32,000 nt of DNA from Okeania sp. Lineage in GTDB: Bacteria > Cyanobacteriota > Cyanobacteriia > Cyanobacteriales > Microcoleaceae. The notes beneath the pieces were generated by a model. That model was not told where the DNA came from, searched no databases, and saw only the letters and a program-made list of their open reading frames with translations. The stretch spans positions 1 to 32,000 of the forward strand of contig NZ_JAYKGW010000106.1 in assembly GCF_035285525.1 (NCBI RefSeq), written 5' to 3'. A program made the position numbers and the translations under genes. Positions 9,686-18,517 of this stretch are shown piece by piece (position 1 is the first letter of the stretch; every line of letters starts with the position of its first letter).

Positions 9686-10483
9686 TTGACTAGCACCAGA
9701 GAATCAACTCTACTGCGTATGAAAAAATATCTGCGAATATCTAGAGATAAAAAGTTATTTCAGCAAAAAGCAAAACCATATAAATTAATTTTTTCTTACA
9801 TAGTTAAACAACTCTTTTTACCATCAAAATACAATCATAATAGTGGTAGAGTTAAAAACTTTTTTGTCTCCTTGATGTTTATATTTTTACTCTATATAAC
9901 TGTGTTATCTCCCTTAATTAAAACAGGAGTTAAAATAGTACAGCAAACAGCAAAAAAAATAATAATTTTCCAAGACTGGGTAGAAGATAATTTCTCCAGA
10001 ATTACTCCTTGGTTAAAACCAAATTATAGCAAATCAGATAAATTTCTCCCCTATAAAATTTATACTCCCTATTTTATAGACAATACTCCTCCCGGAGCTT
10101 ATGATTTTACCCTAGAGCAAAATGGTAAATTAGAAGTTCCGATTCCAGCACCTTGTCAAGGAACTATTCGCAGAACTTGGTTTCAAGGCAAAAATGGTAG
10201 TTTTAGAACAGCCAAAGGTGCAGGTCAGATAGTTGAACTTATGTGTGATGGGACCAATTATTATTGGTTAATGGGTCATTTGCTTCAAGGTTCCCCACCA
10301 AGAAAAGGAACAAGAATTAATAAAGGACAACCTATTGGGATTCAAGGTCTTACCGGTAGAACTTCAGGTCATCATATTCATGCTCAGATTCATTATCGTA
10401 ATGGACAAAGAATTACTAACAGAAAAGTAACCCGTCCTCTTGTTGAAAATTACATCAAATTTTTGAGAAAAGGTTCTGATTAA
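9686..10483 (+). CDS. M23/LytM-like peptidase-domain protein with N-terminal TM anchor (265 aa from TTG; 254 aa if ATG at 9719)
   Basis: C-terminal GQPIGIQGLTGRTSGHHIHAQIH resembles the M23 GxxGxTGxSTGPHLHFE (HxH) motif, preceded by GxG..VEL....YWLMGHL. TM segment FFVSLMFIFLLYITVL. I could not find the upstream HxxxD zinc-ligand motif, so it may be a degenerate LytM domain. Confidence 0.7.
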   Translation: MTSTRESTLLRMKKYLRISRDKKLFQQKAKPYKLIFSYIVKQLFLPSKYNHNSGRVKNFFVSLMFIFLLYITVLSPLIKTGVKIVQQTAKKIIIFQDWVEDNFSRITPWLKPNYSKSDKFLPYKIYTPYFIDNTPPGAYDFTLEQNGKLEVPIPAPCQGTIRRTWFQGKNGSFRTAKGAGQIVELMCDGTNYYWLMGHLLQGSPPRKGTRINKGQPIGIQGLTGRTSGHHIHAQIHYRNGQRITNRKVTRPLVENYIKFLRKGSD

Positions 10484-11250
10484 ATTGAAATACTAAAATC
10501 AACAAATCTGATATAGTAGTACAGGCATTTTTCTGGTTCAGGGCTGACTTTTATTTTTTTTATGTAGATCAACTTCAATGTGTTATACTTTAAATTCTGT
10601 AATTTCAAAGTGGGGCTTGAATATTAAAAATAATAGGTTGACATCAAAAAATTAACTTATCTTAACTTAATCTAGAAATCCAATTGCTAAAATTTGAGGT
10701 AGATTACAAACTAAAGACCACTTATTACCAAAAATTTTGGTCTCTATAAATTAATGCTAATCTAAGGATTAAGACAAAATTGTGAGTATTTAGATGAAAA
10801 TTATTAATTGATTTTTAGTAGATCAAAGCAATACATAAGTGCAAGCATTCAGCCATCAGCTATCAGCTATCAGCAATAAGTTATTGATTTATGATTCTGG
10901 AAGGAGGAATTATTTTCACTCCCGATAGTTAAAGATGATCGTAACCCAGGAAAAGCTGAATGCGAGTCCATTTCCGAGGCAGAGCTGACTGCTTACAAAT
11001 TAGTAACACGCTAAGATTGAGATGCAGTGACTGTAAAAATAATAAAAGTGGGAAAATAGGAGAAAAAGTTGATCAAATAATCTGTTAAACTAAACAACCT
11101 GTAGAAATCAAAAATTATCAAGCTTGTTATAGTTAGCTTTAATGATGGTTGGGTTTAGTTAATCATTGCAATTAGTGCATAATTCTGACTCCTATTACTA
11201 TAATCAGAAATTGTTACCGAAAAACTTGAAAAGCCCATTTTATTTTAAAT

Positions 11251-11334
11251 AGGACTTACACACTAATATATAGCGTTGAAAACTATAACGTTATAGTTTT
11301 TTAACTCTATGTATAGTATTGTTGTGCAAGTCTT
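11251..11334. mobile_element. MITE-like element, family B (subfamily with tatagcg...ctatag core)
   Basis: aggacttacaca...tgtgcaagtctt; imperfect 12-bp TIRs. Confidence 0.55.
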
Positions 11335-11585
11335 GTTGAAATAGAGGTTCAGAGGTTGAAAAATGCTTACTATTGAGCATCAAAAAAAATAGAAATTGCT
11401 TAGGTTATCCACAGCCTCAAAACAACTGTAACAGAACTTACGGATTAGGAACGAGTTTTGGCAGTTGCAGATGGCTATCCTGATAGACTTCTAAGCAAAC
11501 CCTGTTGCTAGTAATAACCGAAATACATCATTTTGCGTGATTATTGGTATAACCAAGTTAAGTTGAGTTATTCCTACTCTAAGTG

Positions 11586-11629
11586 TAGTAATATGTCTTG
11601 GCAAGACAACTAGCCAAGACATATTACTA
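11586..11629. other. Perfect 17-bp stem / 10-nt loop hairpin in the sigA upstream region
   Basis: tagtaatatgtcttggc (11586-11602) pairs perfectly with gccaagacatattacta (11613-11629). Loop aagacaacta. No U-run follows on either strand, so it is not a canonical intrinsic terminator. Confidence 0.6.
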
Positions 11630-11825
11630 TTATTACTCTGAAAAAAAAAGTCAATACCAATACAATCAACCTGAAATGGGTAAATATTGTTCTAGGTAAA
11701 CTGACGAAACTTATCAGTATAATCAGGAATTAGGCCAAGGTACTATATATAGAAAAAAAACTATTGCGCAATAGTTTTAACCACTATATCTATGCTGACA
11801 CCGTAGGTCCTGCTAATAAAAAAGA

Positions 11826-11927
11826 CAGGACTTAGACATTTTTTCATTTTCCCAACTATACATTCATATCTATAGCGCTATAGTTTTTTTGACGCTATGA
11901 CTATGTATAGTTTCTCTGTCTAAGTCC
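11826..11927. mobile_element. MITE-like element, family B, with perfect 12-bp TIRs
   Basis: aggacttagaca ... tgtctaagtcct. The core tatagcgctatag / gtatagt resembles the copy at 11251. Confidence 0.65.
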
Positions 11928-12035
11928 TGAAAGACAAATTATACAAATTTGTTACCAGCTATACTATCTTAAAATATACAGAAAAATTCTGTAAAGAAAT
12001 CAATTGTTCAATTTGAGGAGCATGAGGAACGCGAC

Positions 12036-13208
12036 ATGATCCAGACTAACAACGTAATCGAAACTACCATTCATCCAGAGCTAGAACCTAGCGACTTATT
12101 TCCAACAACTCCAACTAGACCAATAAGTGATGAGTTAGAAATTTTAATCGGAGATAGAGAAGAATATATAGATGCAGATGCTCAGTCTGAGGAGAATGCT
12201 CTAAAGTCTGAGAAGGTTGCTAAATCTCGGACTCGAACTACGACGACAGGCAAAAAAAAGCATTACACGGAGGACTCGATTCGCCTTTACCTACAAGAAA
12301 TAGGTAGAATTAGATTATTACGAGCTGATGAAGAAATTGAATTAGCCCGTAAAATTGCTGACCTGCTAGAATTAGAAAGGATTCGAGAAGAGTTAATTTT
12401 CCATTTAGATCGAGAACCTCAAGTGAGTGAGTGGGCAAATGCTGTGGATATGGAGTTGCCAAAGTTTAAACGTAGGTTAGTTCTGGGACGTCGAGCTAAG
12501 GAAAAGATGGTACAGTCTAATTTGCGTTTGGTGGTCTCCATTGCTAAAAAATACATGAATCGAGGTTTATCATTCCAGGATTTGATTCAAGAAGGTAGTT
12601 TGGGATTGATTCGAGCGGCAGAAAAATTTGACCATGAAAAGGGATATAAGTTTAGTACCTACGCAACTTGGTGGATTCGTCAAGCTATTACCAGAGCGAT
12701 CGCCGATCAGTCTCGTACTATTCGTTTACCAGTTCATTTGTACGAAACTATATCTCGGATTAAAAAAACTACTAAGCTTCTGTCTCAGGAAATGGGGCGT
12801 AAACCTACAGAAGAAGAAATAGCAACTAGCATGGAAATGACGATTGAAAAGTTACGTTTTATTGCTAAGTCTGCTCAGTTACCAATATCATTAGAAACTC
12901 CGATCGGAAAAGAGGAAGATTCTCGACTTGGAGATTTTATTGAGTCAGATGGGGAAACTCCTGAAGATCAGGTATCGAAAAATTTATTACGAGAAGATTT
13001 GGAAAGTGTGTTGAATAGTTTGAGTCCTCGCGAACGGGATGTGTTACGTTTAAGGTATGGTTTGGATGATGGTCGGATGAAAACTTTAGAAGAAATTGGG
13101 CAAATTTTTAATGTGACTCGCGAGCGGATTCGACAAATTGAAGCTAAAGCTCTCAGGAAGTTGCGACACCCAAATCGGAATAGTATTTTGAAAGAGTATA
13201 TTCGTTAG
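12036..13208 (+). CDS. sigA: Principal (group 1) RNA polymerase sigma factor SigA/RpoD (390 aa)
   Basis: Region 1.2 [35 protein letters not shown], region 2 [26 protein letters not shown], region 4.2 [30 protein letters not shown]. From memory, length and sequence are very close to Anabaena SigA. SD-like gagga lies 8 nt upstream of the ATG. Confidence 0.95.
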   Translation: MIQTNNVIETTIHPELEPSDLFPTTPTRPISDELEILIGDREEYIDADAQSEENALKSEKVAKSRTRTTTTGKKKHYTEDSIRLYLQEIGRIRLLRADEEIELARKIADLLELERIREELIFHLDREPQVSEWANAVDMELPKFKRRLVLGRRAKEKMVQSNLRLVVSIAKKYMNRGLSFQDLIQEGSLGLIRAAEKFDHEKGYKFSTYATWWIRQAITRAIADQSRTIRLPVHLYETISRIKKTTKLLSQEMGRKPTEEEIATSMEMTIEKLRFIAKSAQLPISLETPIGKEEDSRLGDFIESDGETPEDQVSKNLLREDLESVLNSLSPRERDVLRLRYGLDDGRMKTLEEIGQIFNVTRERIRQIEAKALRKLRHPNRNSILKEYIR

Positions 13209-13301
13209 AGAAGTTAATTGGTTGTCTGTTATTTACAGCAGTCTCGGAAGTTATGAGGTATATCCAAAATCGCGCTTTCGAGACCGCACTAGAATCTTTT
13301 C

Positions 13302-13563
13302 ATATCAAATCTGATAGTATCGGTATAATTAAAGGCCGTAGGGGTTTGGTCTCCCAAACCCCCTACAGATTAGAATTTTTCCTCTTTTCTGATGGTAGAA
13401 TTTTATTTTCCCCAGCCTGGAGATTTAATATGATATCAAATCTGATAGTATCGGTATAATTAAAGGCCGTAGGGTTTTGGTCTCCCAACCCTCTACAGAT
13501 TAGGATTTTTCCTCTTTTCTGATGGTAGAATTTTATTTTCCCAAGCCTGGGGATTTGATATCA
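13302..13563. mobile_element. Two tandem copies (131-bp period) of a MITE-like element, family E (TIR tgatatcaaatc / gatttgatatca)
   Basis: Copy 1 is 13302-13432 and copy 2 is 13433-13563. Each contains the hairpin gtaggggtttggtctcccaaaccccctac. They start ~95 nt after the sigA stop. Confidence 0.8.
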
Positions 13564-13629
13564 TTTTTCTAAAATCTGCTGTAGCTTTTTTTTAAACTAT
13601 TGCCGTTGCTGGTAATAATAAAACATCAA

Positions 13630-13740
13630 CTATAGCAATCCTAAATTAGTTGTGGAATTTTATTGTAGAAAATCCTTAGGGAGAGCAAACCCCCACAGTT
13701 ATTTTCCACAAATCATTGTTCCCTAGCGCGTACCGCTATA
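13630..13740. repeat. Dispersed repeat, family D (ctatagYaatcctaaat...cacaaat...gctata), copy 1
   Basis: Shares both ends and overall layout with 14520-14645 in the same orientation. Confidence 0.6.
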
Positions 13741-13766
13741 AAATGTAAACAGGTAAAATTTTGAAA

Positions 13767-14381
13767 TTAAATATCATAAGTTCTGGCTTCAGCAGCTTCT
13801 GGATTATCCTCACAATATTCATCAAAAGCTGTTTTATCAAATCTTTCTGCCTTCTGATGAGCAGCTTCAGCTTGTAACTCTTCTACAATATCCCATGCTG
13901 CTGCACAATCTTTAGAAGTAACACCTTTTTCTGCACAAATACTTCTTGCTTCTTCAATAGCTACTTCTATTCTCTTTTCCAGTAGCACAGACTTTGGTTT
14001 TTCCGCAAAATCACTCTTGCTTAAAATATCTGTAATCGAAATAATACCAAGTAATTTATCTTTAATTACAGGCGCTCGACGTATACCTGTATCAGCAAAT
14101 AACCTGGCTACATATTCTACACCTAAATCTGGGTTAACTGCTATACAAGGCTTGGTCATAATTTCATATACCCGCACTTGTTTCGGATCTTTTCCATAAG
14201 CAGCAACCTGATAAACAATATCTGTCTCTGTGATAATACCATAAGCATCTTGGTCGTGACGACGTTCTACAATTAGAGCCCGCAGAGATAAGTCATTCAT
14301 TTTCTTCACAGCATCAGCTATCGTTGCTGAACCCCGAATTGTTTCTACATCGGTGGTCATAATATCTTTAGCTTTCATCAT
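13767..14381 (-). CDS. CBS-domain pair fused to a C-terminal CP12 domain (CBS-CP12 fusion, 204 aa)
   Basis: N-terminal tandem CBS motifs (DIMTTDVETI..; IMTKPCIAVNPD..). The C-terminal ~75 aa match CP12: CAEKGVTSKDCAAAWDIVEELQAEAAHQ (N-terminal Cys pair + AWD_VEEL core) and YCEDNPEAAEARTYD. SD gaggaaaag lies upstream. Confidence 0.9.
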   Translation of the reverse strand: MMKAKDIMTTDVETIRGSATIADAVKKMNDLSLRALIVERRHDQDAYGIITETDIVYQVAAYGKDPKQVRVYEIMTKPCIAVNPDLGVEYVARLFADTGIRRAPVIKDKLLGIISITDILSKSDFAEKPKSVLLEKRIEVAIEEARSICAEKGVTSKDCAAAWDIVEELQAEAAHQKAERFDKTAFDEYCEDNPEAAEARTYDI

Positions 14382-14519
14382 CTTGACTTTTCCTCAAAAA
14401 TATGTATTTAATTATTGATACTTCAGCTACTAATATTTAGTAGCTTTGCTATTAATTAAGAATAGAATAAAACAGTTACTTAGTCTACAAATTTGTTATA
14501 TCAGTTATCAGTTTTAGAA

Positions 14520-14645
14520 CTATAGTAATCCTAAATAGGTGGCGAGATTTTCTAGTAAGGGTTTGGTTTCCCAACCCAAGCTTTAAGGGATTTGAAGACC
14601 AAACCTCTACAGTTTTTTCTCACAAATGATTTCTTATGGCTATAG
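14520..14645. repeat. Dispersed repeat, family D, copy 2
   Basis: ctatagtaatcctaaataggtggcgagattttctagtaagggtttggtttcccaaccc...ccaaacctctacagttttttctcacaaatgatttcttatggctatag. A partial relative lies at ~25830-25880. Confidence 0.6.
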
Positions 14646-14662
14646 TAAAATTGTTGATTTTT

Positions 14663-15586
14663 TTATTCATCTGCCTCAATATTATTTATCAAATCTTTAA
14701 GAGTTAACTTCCAACTATAACTATTTTCTTTATTGATCGAAAGTTTATCCATAATATTTTCCACATCTTTTTGTAGTTTTTGAGTTAGAGTAATGGGAAA
14801 ATCTAAATCTATTCCCTGATTTTTTGCTATGTTTGCTAAATCAGAAAAATTAACTTTCTGAGTAGTGCGTTTCACAGATGATAATTTAAAACTCGAAGTT
14901 TCAGAAATATTCTGTTTTTGCATAGCTAATTTTATCCGTTCTTGGATATGAGAAATTTCTGAATCTAACAATTTCCATTCATGGAAAACTTCTTGATATC
15001 TACGAGTTAGTTCATCTAAATTTTCATTAGCAGGTTCAGGATTATTTTGATGAATTAATTCTAATAAAGCTAAGTAAATTTGAGCTAAATAAACTGTATC
15101 CATCTTGGCATATTCAAGTTGTTTTTCTGTCAGTGGGCGTTCTCCCCAATCACTTCCTTGTACTTTTTTATCTATATCTTGAAAAGTAGTGAGTTTTTCA
15201 GTTAAAGTCTTCAGTTTTAAATTAGGGATTGGCAAAATATAATAAGGTAATTTTTTAGCTATTTCTAAAGTACAAGTAATATTTTGAGCTTGATTTTTAC
15301 CCAGAAATTTAATGTCATATTTAGCATTGTGAAATACTTTCTCAATGTTGGGATTAACCATAATTTGGTCGATAAAAAATTTGGTTATATCTGGTTTTTC
15401 TAAAACATCAAAAATATAAACATTGTCACCTATCAAATCTTGAGGCTCGGCTAATAATTGAATTAAAGATAATCTAGGTTTACGAGTATTATAATCAGCA
15501 ACTTCTGTATCAATCCAAAGTATATTAGCTGTAGTTAATTTGTCAATAGCTTTGTTGATATCATTAGTATCTGTCAAATAAATCAT
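14663..15586 (-). CDS. DEDDy-type 3'-5' exonuclease domain protein (RNase D / WRN-exonuclease-like), 307 aa with ~110-aa uncharacterised C-terminal extension
   Basis: Exo motifs LWIDTEVAD (ExoI), FHNAKYDIKFL (ExoII) and YAKMDTVYL (ExoIII, Yx3D). Confidence 0.85.
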   Translation of the reverse strand: MIYLTDTNDINKAIDKLTTANILWIDTEVADYNTRKPRLSLIQLLAEPQDLIGDNVYIFDVLEKPDITKFFIDQIMVNPNIEKVFHNAKYDIKFLGKNQAQNITCTLEIAKKLPYYILPIPNLKLKTLTEKLTTFQDIDKKVQGSDWGERPLTEKQLEYAKMDTVYLAQIYLALLELIHQNNPEPANENLDELTRRYQEVFHEWKLLDSEISHIQERIKLAMQKQNISETSSFKLSSVKRTTQKVNFSDLANIAKNQGIDLDFPITLTQKLQKDVENIMDKLSINKENSYSWKLTLKDLINNIEADE

Positions 15587-15752
15587 ATAGAAATTTTCAA
15601 ATTATTACTGGGTCATTTCAGTTATCAGTACCTTTGGTTGTTTGCCCAGCATGATCTAGGAAAGTATACTTGCTGGAAATAAAGCATTTTCAATTATTAA
15701 CATATAGAAGGAAAAACAAACTCAAGTCTTTCTATTTATTCTCTTATTTAAT

Positions 15753-15926
15753 TTATGCTAAAATTTCAGGTAATCGGTCTAAATCTCCCTCAGATAATTT
15801 ACGTCCTGGTTTAGACTTGAGACGGTTAGCTAAAGCAGAAAAGGCTTCGGTATTGTCTCGATGAGCTAATACATAAGAGCGTAACTCTGATTCATTCATG
15901 GTTTGAAAATTAGTAGGATGATTCAT
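15753..15926 (-). CDS. Small ORF, 57 aa (below the ORF-track cutoff)
   Basis: Minus-strand ATG at 15926-15924, stop at 15755-15753. Translation MNHPTNFQTMNESELRSYVLAHRDNTEAFSALANRLKSKPGRKLSEGDLDRLPEILA. SD-like ggtgaggt lies ~8-10 nt upstream. From memory the ..ELRxYVLxHRDxxEAF.. pattern recalls a family of small cyanobacterial proteins; this is unverified. Confidence 0.55.
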   Translation of the reverse strand: MNHPTNFQTMNESELRSYVLAHRDNTEAFSALANRLKSKPGRKLSEGDLDRLPEILA

Positions 15927-15990
15927 AGAATTTTTACCTCACCATTTCTATCAATAAAAACTTGGATATCTTCACCTGCAAATCAGCTCT

Positions 15991-16013
15991 TAAATTATTA
16001 ATTATTAATTAAC
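15991..16013. repeat. Heptamer tract (aattatt type) containing the stop codon of the pentapeptide-repeat gene
   Basis: taaattattaattattaattaac. The minus-strand stop (16005-16007) lies inside it. Confidence 0.8.
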
Positions 16014-16991
16014 TGTACCATCTGGCATTATAGTACCTATTAACTTAGTATTTCTTAAATCTACTCCATCCAAAATTGCTCCTCTTAAACTAGCACCACT
16101 TAAGTCAGCACCATCAAGATTAGCTTCACTTAAATCAGCCTTCCACAAATAAGCTTCTTGTAAACAAGCACCACTTAAATTAGCTTGATGTAAATCAGCT
16201 AAATTAAAGTTAGCTTTACTCAAATTAGTATCAGTTAAAACAGCATAAGATAAATCAGCCCTCATTAAAACTGCTTCACTTAAATTACTAGAAATTAATA
16301 CAGCATTTCTCAGATTAGAACCATTGATAATTGCCTCTTTTAAATCGGCAGAACTTAAATTAACACTACTAAGATTTGTCGCAGTTAAGTCCGCACCAGA
16401 CAAATTAGTATACTTCATTATAGCTCCACTAAAATTAATTCCATTCAAATCCATTCCATGTAAATCTACATTCATCAAATTTGCATGACTCAGATTAACT
16501 CCTGTGAGAAAAGCACCTTGTACTAAAGCTTGATTAAGTCGAGCGTGATTCAAATTAGCCCAACGAAGATTAGCATTTTTCAGATTAGCAGAACGCAAAT
16601 TAATACCACTAAGATTAGCACCAGAAAGATTAATACCTTCTAAGTTAGCACTTCTCAAATTCACGCCAGATAAAATAGCACCACTTAATTTAGCACCACA
16701 TAACTCTGACTTAACTAAAAAAGAACCCTCTAAATCAGTTTTTGTCAAATCAGCATTAACAAGTTTTCCTTTTCCTAACTTGACAAATTTCATATTAGCA
16801 GAGTAAAGAAAAGCATCAGAAAAATTAGCTTCATGGAGAATAGCATTAGTTAAATCTGCACAAGCTAAAAAAGAACCTGTAAAATTAACTTTTTCTAGGT
16901 TTAATCTTTTTAAATTTGCTCCTACCAAATTTATTTGGCAAAAGTCTCGTTCTCCGAGAGAATATCGACTCTTTAATTCTTCAGAATTCAT
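16005..16991 (-). CDS. Pentapeptide-repeat protein (328 aa)
   Basis: Almost entirely A(D/N)LxX repeats (ANLSGANLSGINLRSANLKNANLRWANL...). SD aggagag upstream. Confidence 0.9.
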   Translation of the reverse strand: MNSEELKSRYSLGERDFCQINLVGANLKRLNLEKVNFTGSFLACADLTNAILHEANFSDAFLYSANMKFVKLGKGKLVNADLTKTDLEGSFLVKSELCGAKLSGAILSGVNLRSANLEGINLSGANLSGINLRSANLKNANLRWANLNHARLNQALVQGAFLTGVNLSHANLMNVDLHGMDLNGINFSGAIMKYTNLSGADLTATNLSSVNLSSADLKEAIINGSNLRNAVLISSNLSEAVLMRADLSYAVLTDTNLSKANFNLADLHQANLSGACLQEAYLWKADLSEANLDGADLSGASLRGAILDGVDLRNTKLIGTIMPDGTVN

Positions 16992-17148
16992 ATTCTTACT
17001 CTCCTAGAATTTGCCTTAATTAAGATTATCAGTATACTCTAATTATACTCAATTACAAGAGGCTGGTTTTATTAATATTTGTAAATATCAAAAATCAAAG
17101 CCCATAGTAATTATAGTTAAAAATGTTAAACTATAAACAACAATATCT

Positions 17149-17988
17149 TTAGGAAGAAGTTGTACCATCAGGCATAATTGCTCCTCTCATATCTGCATCT
17201 CGGAAATTAGTTTTATTAAATTTTGCATCAATTAAAACAGCTTTCACTAATATAGCTCCTGTCAAATTTGACCAACTTAATTTAGACCGAAATAAATTAG
17301 CTCCTGTGAGATTAGCACCTCGTAAAGTAGTCCAACTAGCATTAGTGCTTCGTAGTTTTGCTCCACTTAAATTAGCTTCACTTAGAGTAGCTCCAATAGT
17401 AGTAGATTTACTCAAATCAGCTTCACAAAGATTACAACCACTTAACATAGCTCCACTCAAAATTCCATGAGTTAGGTTAGCATTATCCAAAATTGATTCA
17501 TTCATTAAAGCATTAGTTAAATTAGCAAATTCTAAGTGAGAACCACTTAAAATAGAGCGAATTAAATTAACACGAATCATTGTAGATTCACTCAAATTAG
17601 CTTTAGTCAAATTAGCTTGACTTAAGTTAGCCTCCGTTAAGTTAGCACCCTTTAAATCAGCTTCACTAAAATTAGCTTCCCTTGAATTAGAACCTCGGAG
17701 ATTAGACCCATTCAAATTAGCATTAGTCAAGTCAGTTTTAATCATAGTTGTTCCTATCAAATTTGCTTCGCTCAAATTTGCTCCCCTGAGAGAAGCATCT
17801 CCTAAACTAACTTCTCTAAAATTAACCCCACTAAGGTTAGCATCCTTCAAGATTGCATTACGAAGGTTTGCCCTAGTAAAATTAGCATTGCTTAAATCGG
17901 CTCCGGTTAAATCAATTCCTACCAGAGTAATACCTTTAAAATTTCTTTCCCCTGCTGCATATTGCCTAAGAAGTTCATCAGCTTCCAT
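17149..17988 (-). CDS. Pentapeptide-repeat protein (279 aa), paralogue of 16005-16991
   Basis: Same architecture. Shared N-terminal (E.L...Y..GERNF..I.LVG.DL) and C-terminal (G.IMPDGT) caps. Confidence 0.9.
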   Translation of the reverse strand: MEADELLRQYAAGERNFKGITLVGIDLTGADLSNANFTRANLRNAILKDANLSGVNFREVSLGDASLRGANLSEANLIGTTMIKTDLTNANLNGSNLRGSNSREANFSEADLKGANLTEANLSQANLTKANLSESTMIRVNLIRSILSGSHLEFANLTNALMNESILDNANLTHGILSGAMLSGCNLCEADLSKSTTIGATLSEANLSGAKLRSTNASWTTLRGANLTGANLFRSKLSWSNLTGAILVKAVLIDAKFNKTNFRDADMRGAIMPDGTTSS

Positions 17989-18058
17989 TTGCTCTGCCTC
18001 AACCTATTTTGTATTTAATATTTTATATTTAAAGTGCAACATTATAGCACTAACCAAT

Positions 18059-18110
18059 GGATAATGAATAATTAATAATTAATAATTAATAATTAGTAAT
18101 TAATAATGGA
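18059..18110. repeat. Heptamer tract (taataat/taattaa type)
   Basis: ggataatgaataattaataattaataattaataattagtaattaataatgga, directly followed by a family B element. Confidence 0.85.
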
Positions 18111-18112
18111 TC

Positions 18113-18202
18113 GGGACTTACGCAGCGACCCTAGATATAGTGCTTAAAACCCCATACGCAATAGGTTTTAAACTCTATAATATAGTAACTTTCCGTAATT
18201 TC
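18113..18202. mobile_element. MITE-like element, family B (subfamily with aaaaccccatacgcaatag core), degenerate right TIR
   Basis: gggacttacgca...tagtgcttaaaaccccatacgcaataggttttaaactctataa...ccgtaatttct. Closely related to 20228-20319. Confidence 0.55.
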
Positions 18203-18329
18203 TGTTGATAATGAATAATTGATAATTATAGTTTTTACTGATCAAGGTTTGAGCCTTTAAACAGGCTCAAAAAAGTGCAACTTTTTTAGCCAAAATTACT
18301 AAAAAGTTAAGATTTTAAACAAACCCAAG

Positions 18330-18423
18330 GATAAAAAAATCAAGGAACAATTATTCCTTCTACTATCTCTTTCTTCCCACCCTCCCCACCCTTCTCACGT
18401 TCTGCTTTATTCAGCAACCCTAA
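18330..18423. mobile_element. Family C MITE-like element, partial copy (boundaries approximate)
   Basis: aatcaaggaacaattattccttctactatctctttcttcccaccctcc is the complement of the family C purine block. End motif ttcagcaaccctaa. Confidence 0.4.
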
Positions 18424-18517
18424 TTATTTTTCCTCTCTTCTTTCTCAAAAATAAATCCAGACTTGTATACAATTAATTTTTTTGGTCAAATAAAATAGTA
18501 AACTCAAAAAAAATTCT

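Noticed and set aside
13253-13459. 68-aa ORF after sigA
   Set aside because: It runs through the family E repeat copies and has no SD. It is most likely a chance ORF.
15670-15864. 64-aa plus-strand ORF
   Set aside because: It overlaps the better-supported 57-aa minus-strand ORF (15753-15926) in antisense. Its start is TTG and it has an implausible composition.
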